A stretch of DNA of 64,000 nt from Trichinella spiralis (Eukaryota). How positions within the stretch are numbered: position 1 is the first letter of the stretch; the number at the start of each line of letters is the position of its first letter. The translations under genes and the position numbers were made by a program. The DNA is taken from NCBI RefSeq assembly GCF_000181795.1, contig NW_003526944.1, positions 4,806,479 to 4,870,478 of the forward strand, written 5' to 3'. Shown here piece by piece: positions 55,821-64,000 of this stretch. The notes beneath the pieces are model-generated. The model searched no databases. It saw only the letters and a list, made by a program, of their open reading frames with translations, and had not been told where the DNA came from.

Positions 55821-57755
55821 TCATAATTTTCGTGTTTTCGGCAACACTGATGCAGCTTCTTCGAGCGAGTTCAGTTTTCTCATGGAATTTGTACTTTGCA
55901 ACACGCTACCAGAATTAAATTCCGATGTCTTGCCGCCATCCTGCTTTGCATACGTTGGTGCTGACGTTCCGGAGTTTTGTAGCCGTCGAATGAATGCATC
56001 GAAATCGAAAGGCGATTCAGCTTGTTTGTCTATTTCAGCTTGTTGTTTCGAGCGGTTTGAAAAATTCCGGCTGTATCTGTTTTTCAATGTCGACTGCTCG
56101 AATGAGGGAAATTTCTTTGGTGCACAAGGTGTGGGCAGACTAGCAAGATCGGGGTTGATTCCATGCGCATCTTTTTCTAAATTTATCAATCCAGCGGTAT
56201 CCGAAATACACATGCTTGAAATTTCTTCGAAATCTTGTTCCGCGTCCACGGTACTTTCAAATTGATCACGTGACGAACAATATTTCGTTTTGAATTGCAA
56301 CACTTCCTGATTATTATTACACCGTACAATACTGCTAGTGAACAATTGCTCATCGTTGACCATTCGAACGACAAACTTACCGTACTCCACCAAGCGTTTC
56401 ATTAAAATCAAATTTGCATAAGTATCCGCTTCTTCCGTTGAAACAAATCTGGCAAATGTTCCGGCCAACGGTAGAAAACCAAATAAACTGACATCAATTG
56501 GTAGTGGCTGTTCGTCCGCAGCGCTGTTAACCGTATTCACATGAAACTGCTTATTTCTCTGCAAACTGTTCAGAAACTTGGCCAATGAGGACAAATGGCT
56601 CTGGTCGGTGTGAAAATTGTTTACCAGCAGAAAATTCGGCGACTGATATTGTATCCAAGATATTAAAATGTACAACGTATCGGCGACCACGCTGAATTGC
56701 GCTTCTTCACAAGACAACAGGATAGTCAGAAATGACTGCAAAAATTCAATGATCAACTTTTTCAAAAAGCTCAACTGATCTTCCAGCTGATCAGGCGACT
56801 TCACGTCCGCAATACATGTTTTGTCAATTTTCCAAAAAGAGCCGAACGTGATCACCAACATGCAAACAAGGTGGCAAGCATTCAGATGGCCAGTGCTAAT
56901 TGCACGCTTCAGCGTTGCTAAAAAGGACAGCATTGTCGTTTCGACCCTACTGACTTGGTCGCCAAGGTATAAAAGCGCTTGGAAAATGCAAAACAGCTGC
57001 TCGCCGGTTGCATTGGGCAAGTTCAACCACTGCTTAATTAACACCTTGTAATATTGTTCCAAATTTGCACCAGCGCCTGTAAAACTCACCTCGCAACAAT
57101 GCGCCCGAGTGTAAAAATAAAGTGCTTGAACGTTGTGACCACTGGACATTTCCAAAATGCCCAGCTGATTGAACGCATGGCCCCTTTTGGAACATAGTTT
57201 TGTCGCTTGGATGTAGCATCTTTCGGCGAGATCAAAGTCCAACATTTTCCTGTGAAAGTCGCCAATGTGAATCAAGCAAAACTGAATCAAATAATGCCAA
57301 ACATCAACTGGCACATCGCTGCTAAAGGACTTTTCTGAGGCGTAATGAAATGCGTCGACAACATGAAAATCTAACCAGTCGATTGACAAACCAGAAGTAT
57401 TTAAAATTCTGTTCATAAAATCTTCCAAAAATAGAATGCCATTATACATGAACAATTGTAAATATTGAAAATTTCTGTCAATGCTTGAAAAGTATTCGGA
57501 TGATCTTCTGTCCTTGCGTTTCTGCTTTTCATACATGTCTATGCAATTTTTATAACAACGATTCCAATAAAACAATTCCAAACATTCCTCCACAGCCACT
57601 GAAGGATTGTCCAAGATTTTCTGTTCTAAAACTGCCTGCAGTTCGGAACGAATTTTCCAATTAATGCTACCATTGCTATTGACCATCTGATTTAACAAAT
57701 ACGCATATTCACTTTCTGCAGCGTTTGCAACTGAAGTTGAGCAATTGGTGAACAT
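55821..57755 (-). CDS. EST1/SMG7-like NMD factor (14-3-3-like domain, no PIN domain)
   Basis: Single 644-aa ORF with CLIHIGDFHR, AERCYIQA, GHAFNQLGIL, ALYFYTRA and GAGANL, followed by a low-complexity tail. No PIN domain is visible, so it is closer to SMG7 than to SMG5/6. Confidence 0.8.
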   Translation of the reverse strand: MFTNCSTSVANAAESEYAYLLNQMVNSNGSINWKIRSELQAVLEQKILDNPSVAVEECLELFYWNRCYKNCIDMYEKQKRKDRRSSEYFSSIDRNFQYLQLFMYNGILFLEDFMNRILNTSGLSIDWLDFHVVDAFHYASEKSFSSDVPVDVWHYLIQFCLIHIGDFHRKMLDFDLAERCYIQATKLCSKRGHAFNQLGILEMSSGHNVQALYFYTRAHCCEVSFTGAGANLEQYYKVLIKQWLNLPNATGEQLFCIFQALLYLGDQVSRVETTMLSFLATLKRAISTGHLNACHLVCMLVITFGSFWKIDKTCIADVKSPDQLEDQLSFLKKLIIEFLQSFLTILLSCEEAQFSVVADTLYILISWIQYQSPNFLLVNNFHTDQSHLSSLAKFLNSLQRNKQFHVNTVNSAADEQPLPIDVSLFGFLPLAGTFARFVSTEEADTYANLILMKRLVEYGKFVVRMVNDEQLFTSSIVRCNNNQEVLQFKTKYCSSRDQFESTVDAEQDFEEISSMCISDTAGLINLEKDAHGINPDLASLPTPCAPKKFPSFEQSTLKNRYSRNFSNRSKQQAEIDKQAESPFDFDAFIRRLQNSGTSAPTYAKQDGGKTSEFNSGSVLQSTNSMRKLNSLEEAASVLPKTRKL

Positions 57756-58404
57756 AATACCTGTGGTGTTTTCAAATTTTTGTATAATTCAATAAAATTG
57801 ATAATAATTTAAAAATCACATCAAAAATAAATACACCTTTACAGTATGTTGAGAAAGAATTAAAAGAACAATTTTCTTACTGTACTAACTTTTCATTCAA
57901 CCATACATTTTCATGAGAACGATTATTTCAAGTATCAGGCTATTGGATAAAAGAAGTGAAAGACAGTAATAAATTTTTAATCTACAGCGCGAGTGCGGTC
58001 TTTTTAAATTATACGCATACATTATTAACTGGGCACTCCGATTTCGGCCGCTCCCATTTTCTCCACACCGCCTTTTCGTGTGATTGGTTGTTCGCTCATA
58101 GCTTGTACGGCATTTCATCGGTAACCAGCGATTTACTTATGCTATTTTATTGGCTATTCAGTTGACTATGATGTATCGATTTTCAATCTCATTCATTCAT
58201 TAACGTGATATGCAGTCTGCCGGCAAATATTTTCCATTGAAGATATGAGCATGAACACAAATAAAGAATGTAGTATATGAAATAAAGTGTCTCAGAACTA
58301 ACTTTAAATAATTAAAATGTTGCACATTTGCAGCACAATGACAATCATCGAACACATAAAAATGAATCATAAGATTTATTTTGAAAGAAAGCTAATAAAC
58401 TATT

Positions 58405-59204
58405 TTAACGCTTTCCACCAACTCTCGGAGCCTGCTGTTTTACAGGCTTTGCAATTTTCATGCGTCCTGCTGCAGCTTTCTGCGCAGCTCGCATTTTTTC
58501 CGCTTTTCTAGCCGCTTTTGCTTCTCTAGTTTTCTCTTTGGCTGCTCTGTTCAAAATGTAACAAAATTTGCAATCATCGAATTATATGTATTTATAAAAA
58601 AAGGGGAAATGAAAATAAAAAACGCTCTTATTAATATTATTAAAATTAATGCATATTATTCAGTTAATCTTTGATAAAATGAAAAATTGATAAATTACTT
58701 CACAGCTTGTTCTCGCTGTGCCTGTCGAAACTCAGGCTTCTGATTTCGCCTTTTTAAAATATCTTCAACCGTAAGCTTGCCGATGTCTCTTTGAAATTTA
58801 GTGGTTCGTTTCACACGGCGTTTCACCACTTCCTCTGCATGTACACCCTAAAGCAGAAAAAATTCCCAATCTTAATGCGTCTGAAGAAAATTCAAGTAAA
58901 CGGTTGATGTTAACCTTCTTATGCTTTCGACGATAAAACACTGTCCACAATGTCTTACGTGGGTTTCGTTTCATTCTAAACGATCTTTCACACTTTCCAT
59001 TTATAAAAATATGAACCTAAACAAACATCAAAATTGAACAAACAGCAACAAAGCGTTGAGAAACATCATGCCCTGCCATCACTGCGAACAGCTCGCTTCC
59101 CTTTGCCAGGATGAATTTTATAACCACTGAAGTTACAAGTTTCTGTCCTAAATTATGTATGCAAATAAAATAAAAATTGCATAACGTCCAATAAATTACT
59201 TCAT
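58405..59204 (-). CDS. RPL24: 60S ribosomal protein L24 (eL24), five exons
   Basis: [79 protein letters not shown]; ends APRVGGKR*. Absent from the ORF track because the exons are short. Confidence 0.96.
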
Positions 59205-59711
59205 TGTACAGGTTGAAAATTTGAACTCTTTTCAGCAGTACTCTGCACTGAATATAAAAATGGATAATTTTCAATCAACAAAAGAAAACGAAATAAAAGT
59301 TACCTCCCACAAATAGTGCAGAATTTATGCGCTTACAATGCGACAATTATGCTATTACAGTATTAGAAAAGCAAGTTTAATTATGACCATACTGTAGTTT
59401 TCTGTTGTTAAATTATTTTTATTTCACTGAATTATTTAAAAAGACATTCAATATTTGAAAAGATTTAAATAAATTTAATTTCAAGATGAAATGCAATAAA
59501 ATATAAAGAATATATTCATTATGAGAAGTAATTTGTTAATTTTCGTTTAATATGAAAATTATGATTAAAACACCCACACTTTAGTAATTTCAAAATTGAG
59601 TTTTTCAGTTTACTTTAACAATATTACAATGAATGTATGCAGAAAGGACGGAAAGAAAAGGAAAAAGTTTAATAACAAATTTATTAATGAAAAATCGCAG
59701 TTCGTCAAATT

Positions 59712-61788
59712 TTATTTATTGCCTTGTTGGATGCGTATTTCAACGAGCTTCCTACGTCTTGAAATGATCAACGTCAACAAGCTGCCTTCTTCTAAAGCAT
59801 CGAAATAAATTCCTTGAACTTATAATATTTTTTCTCTATTTTCTTACCGACAGCTTTTAAAACATCTGCCACAGAGTATACTTTTTTTCCGTTAGCTGCA
59901 ATGATTACATCACCAGGCTCGATTCCATTTCGAAAATATCAAAATAAATTGTTACATATTGTACTTTATTTTTGCATCATTATTAGTTTATTACTCGTGT
60001 GCAGCAGAGCCTAGAACTACACTGTGAACCAGCACTCCATGCGTTACGTTGAAAAAGTTTGGATCTCTTTGTCGCAGTTCTGACAGAAGGTTGTTATCTA
60101 AACTCAACATTGTGATGCCCAAGAAACATTTTCTCTTCGTGTCCAACGATTTCGGAAAATAACTTTCTAAATGAAAATAATCACAACTAACTTTATTATC
60201 ATTTATGCGGCATTGAGTAGAAATATTTGATAGAATTCCAATTTTGAACATATTTTACCAGTCTTCTTGCTTTGCAATTCAGCTTGACAACACTTTTGAA
60301 AAAAATTGCTCACGTGATCAGCCGGCAAAGCAAAAGAAATTCCTGGAGTAACTTGCATTGTGCTAATGCCAATTATTTCACCATCCTCAAAATAAGAACA
60401 TAATGCAAATTTTAAGAATATAAAATCAAAGAAGAACACAACTGACTAAATCGACCAATGGTCCACCACTGTTGCCCGTTGTAATCATCGCGTCCGTTTG
60501 GATATATTCTATCGGCTTTTCTTGACCATGCCCACTGATCAGTCGCCTGGCATTGGATACTATACCAACAGTAACTGTGTTTGTTAAACAATATGGACTG
60601 CCCAAAGCAATGACCCATTCGCCAGGACGGACTTCTTTTCCTTCTTTTAATTTAAGATAAGGTAGATTTGTCTTTAGAAAAAAGTCAAAATTATAAATAA
60701 ACAAAAAGATAATAATTGCATGAAAACAATGTACCGCATTTATTTTCACGGCAGCTAAATCAGATGATTGGTCAATATATTTCACAAAACCTTCGTAAAC
60801 TCGACCGTCATAGAGTTTTACATATACATCTCGGCGGCCATTGTTCACAACATGGGCATTGGTCAATATCCATCCGTCGGAACGAACAATAACACCAGAT
60901 CCATTTGATAGTGTAGTCTGACCAAGAAACGGTATCCTAAATGAGTTATCAGCACTAAATGGAAAATTTCTACGACGTTGACACTTACTTCCCTTGTAAT
61001 TCAATGCTAACTACCGCTGGAGCTACTTTTTCTACCACATCAGCGATAAAATTATAGTCATTCGGTTTGAACGGTAACTGTAAAATAATTTCATAACTCC
61101 ATTAAACAATAATAATGTATAAATGCTGCATATTTTACGAAGAAAATATATATTCATGCTTTTTGAAAACGCGAACTTAATCGAGAGCACCTTGTTCCCC
61201 GTTTACAAAGAAAACCTGCAATTTTATACTGTTTCGATATAAAAAAGAAATACACTACAAAGTATATAATTCTTCAAAGAAAATTATATGGTGTGATTTA
61301 TAATAATTTTCCAGTTTATAAAAGTTTATGAATACTTGGAAAGCGTGCATATTCCGAACTGGTATTGTGTTCAGCATGTGATTTTTATTATAAAAAATGC
61401 AAGCCGATAAAGCAGCCAAACCAGCCACTGCTGTAGTCGCAATTGCGGTGTATCGACCAACATTAAGCATTATTCGGTGATTACAGATTTCTGCAAAAAT
61501 TACATGAACAATCAATTTCGCATGCAGAATATGAAATTTTAAAACAGAAACAAATTACTTAAAATAACAAAAACTTTACTTGTATGTATTCGTTAATTAA
61601 ATAAATTCCCTAAAGAGTAAAATTTATTTGTTTCAAAATACAAATTTACAAAATAAATACAAGTAAAAATAAATTTATGCTTATAAATAAACATATCAAA
61701 AGAATCTAAAAGTAATATTACTTCCATGCTTCCAAGTGCGACTCGTTGAACCATGAAAAGGTAGTAAAAAGCGGATTAATTTTGACAT
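59712..61788 (-). CDS. HTRA2: Mitochondrial serine protease HtrA2/Omi
   Basis: Presequence-like exon 1 (MSKLIRFLLPF..), a TM segment, YNFIADVVEKVAPAVV, SNGSG, triad ILTNAHVV / SDLA / GNSGGPL, and a PDZ domain (FLGITM..PGDVIIAANG). One PDZ intron lacks a canonical AG (see findings). Confidence 0.92.
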
Positions 61789-63249
61789 GGCACTGTTTCC
61801 CGAACAAAACAATTTCAACTGCTATAAAATTTTAAAATATTTCAGAACAACTTACAATGTAATCTTAGATGACTAATATCAAAGCATTGCATTAAAAACA
61901 TCGCGTAAATGATTTCAGAAATCAAAAATCTTGCATAAAATTCTGTTGCAGTATTACATAATATCTGAAAAAAGTGCCAAAATCAGTTTATACTTTTTAA
62001 AAATAATAAAATCAAAAATACAGTAAAAAGCAATGAAGTTCTTTAATGAATCTATTACTGTACTTTGATTTACGTAGGTAAACATACACTAACTTTATTA
62101 TTGTTTATTTGAAAAAATGAATTTTCTTAATTGGTTCAAAATTGGTTAAAATGCATTTCAAAAATATGAAAATTATAAGTTCTGTCATGTCAATCATACA
62201 TCCGTGAGGAGGATGTTGCGTTCTACACACTGTATTAGCTGCAGACAGCTACACAAAACTTGTTACTTGTTATTAGATGGCGAAATCACTGATTTATTGA
62301 AGTTATTGTTTGGCTTCAGTGCCAAATTTGACCATTTCTTCTAAAATGTTGTAGTTCCATAGTTTCAGCTGCTGGAGCGTAATTTACAGGATTCGTTTGA
62401 AATACCATTTTCACAATTTTGAATTGTTCAGAGCAGATTTTGTAAGATTGGCGTGTGCTATTTCTGTAATTTTCCAGTTGATTTCAATAATGCTATAAAT
62501 ATAAATTCATATATTTTAGTTTTAGAATTCATATTTTAAAATCAAGAGAAGATGAAGTTTTTGTTTGGAATATGAAAAAAGAATTGCATATCGCAATAAA
62601 AAAATGTTTAAAGCAAGAAAATTGAAATGCCTAAGTATTTCATTTTTATGCATTGCGACATTTAAGTAGCACAAAGTGCAATATACAAATTGAACCTGAA
62701 AATCGAATTTCAACGAGCACCATTTTGAGCACGACGATAAGTAATGTTATAAAAGTATTTTTTTATTTAATCGTGGCTTATTTTATTAATGCCATACTTT
62801 GTGTTCTTCAATTCAGCAATCTTCTGTAAGTGTTGGTTTTAATTTTTTTTGTATTTTGATTGTTCACTGTTTTCTTCGATTTTTAACATTTGACAAGTTG
62901 GGAACTATACATGTTCACGTAGATCAGTGTTCGTTAATTCAGTCTTGCATGGTGCAGTTGAATTTCCATTTAGTTGTATTTTTTGATTACAATGATTTTG
63001 TTGAATTTGAAAAACTGTTAATTAATGACTAGTGACTTTATGCAGATACGATGTGGCCGCAATGTATTGATTTAAAGTTCAATTGTAAATCAGTTGAATG
63101 CTCATTATTTTGCATTAATATCACAGAAAAAGGACATGTTTTGTATCAGAAACTTTTATTAACAATAATTTTCATACATTTATAACATTAACGCAAGAAA
63201 ATGCAGCATTTCTTGTTATTGAAATCTATTTAATCAGGGTTGGTAGAAA

Positions 63250-64000
63250 TTATTCAAATTGCGGATACTCGTTAACACTGATGTACATCTCTAGTGTTTC
63301 TTCTTTTTCATCACTGGTAATGTATTTGTGGGTTGACTTTAATTTTGCTCCAATCTGCAAGCGTTCATTGCCGAAATCGCAAATCAAAGGTGCTCCAATG
63401 CTCTGGAAAAATTTAAATTTAACGCCTAAAAATTTTGCCGAAAAAAGACACACTGTACCTGATACAGCATTGTGCTTGGATTTGAAACACAGATCATGTG
63501 ATTTCTATCGAATTTTCCACTGAAAACTGATTCACAAGCTTCTGGAGTGACAATTCGCACTGGAGTTTCGTCGACCGCACCTCGTCTGTTCAAACCGTAA
63601 ACGTAGCACATTTCAATCCTACCTGCTATATTTCTCCTGTACTGTATTGTATGGAAGAGAGATTTAGCAGGGGGTTCAATAGTTATTGGGTTGAAAAGTT
63701 TTAACAGTGCTAAACTGGCTTTGATTTGTCTCATGTGATCATCGATTGGCTGGTAAAGTATGATATCTTTTACTCTGTACATTTGAGTGCTTCCTCCTCG
63801 AGAGAATCCCGGGAATACGTAAATATCTTCTCCAACTCTGCAATTAGTTAGTATATGTGAAGTGTAAGCAACTTTTCACGTCAGCGTATGTGGAAAAAGA
63901 GAACTTTTTTTACCTTCCTCTAGTGCACGGTGAACTTGTTATCAATGTGTCAGTTGTAATTTGTTTTCCATAGTAGGAAACAGCCGTTGCGGTACAAACG
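63250..64000 (-). CDS. Inactive trypsin-fold serine protease homolog, 3' part
   Basis: Spliced VCTATAV..TLITSSPC, ASLALLKL, CYVYG, ACE..MICV, SIGAPLIC follow the S1A Cys and motif spacing. Confidence 0.75.

Noticed and set aside
62170..62500. Moderately GC-rich stretch between HtrA2 and the protease homolog
   Set aside because: Only short ORFs with no identifiable product; cannot support a gene or pseudogene call.
1..64000. CRISPR arrays, tRNA/rRNA genes, bacterial systems, autonomous transposons
   Set aside because: None seen. The window is intron-containing eukaryotic DNA; apart from the solo LTR and short inverted repeats, the repeats are simple microsatellites.

Overview
Gene-dense, AT-rich eukaryotic DNA with many short (about 45-90 nt) GT-AG introns. 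The ORF track therefore shows only exon fragments, and I assembled the genes by hand from splice sites. The organism is an invertebrate animal, most consistent with a clade I nematode such as Trichinella; this is an inference from intron size, tight gene packing and gene content, not a database result. Eighteen protein-coding genes are supported, 16 of them on the minus strand: crumbs-like (runs off the left edge), eIF4A, Vps15/PIK3R4, CHID1 (+), a soluble Osm1-type fumarate reductase, CPSF2, a RING/B-box TRIM-like protein, Piezo, PAPSS (+), a C2H2 zinc-finger protein, MFSD8, COX5B, ENY2, WBP2, an SMG7-like protein, RPL24, HtrA2, and a catalytically dead trypsin-fold protein (runs off the right edge). 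The best signals not visible in the ORF track are: (1) a complete box H/ACA snoRNA in an eIF4A intron whose two pockets match the LSU rRNA sites guided by vertebrate SNORA21, one of them the yeast snR10 A-loop site; (2) a 387-bp solo LTR with TGT..ACA ends and a perfect 4-bp target-site duplication upstream of eIF4A; (3) a GC-AG intron in RPL24 and an HtrA2 intron that ends in CG instead of AG; (4) candidate cassette and micro-exons in Piezo flanked by UGCAUG; (5) an operon-like run of nine minus-strand genes, two of whose spacers share motifs. No wholly new multi-gene system can be demonstrated from the sequence alone.
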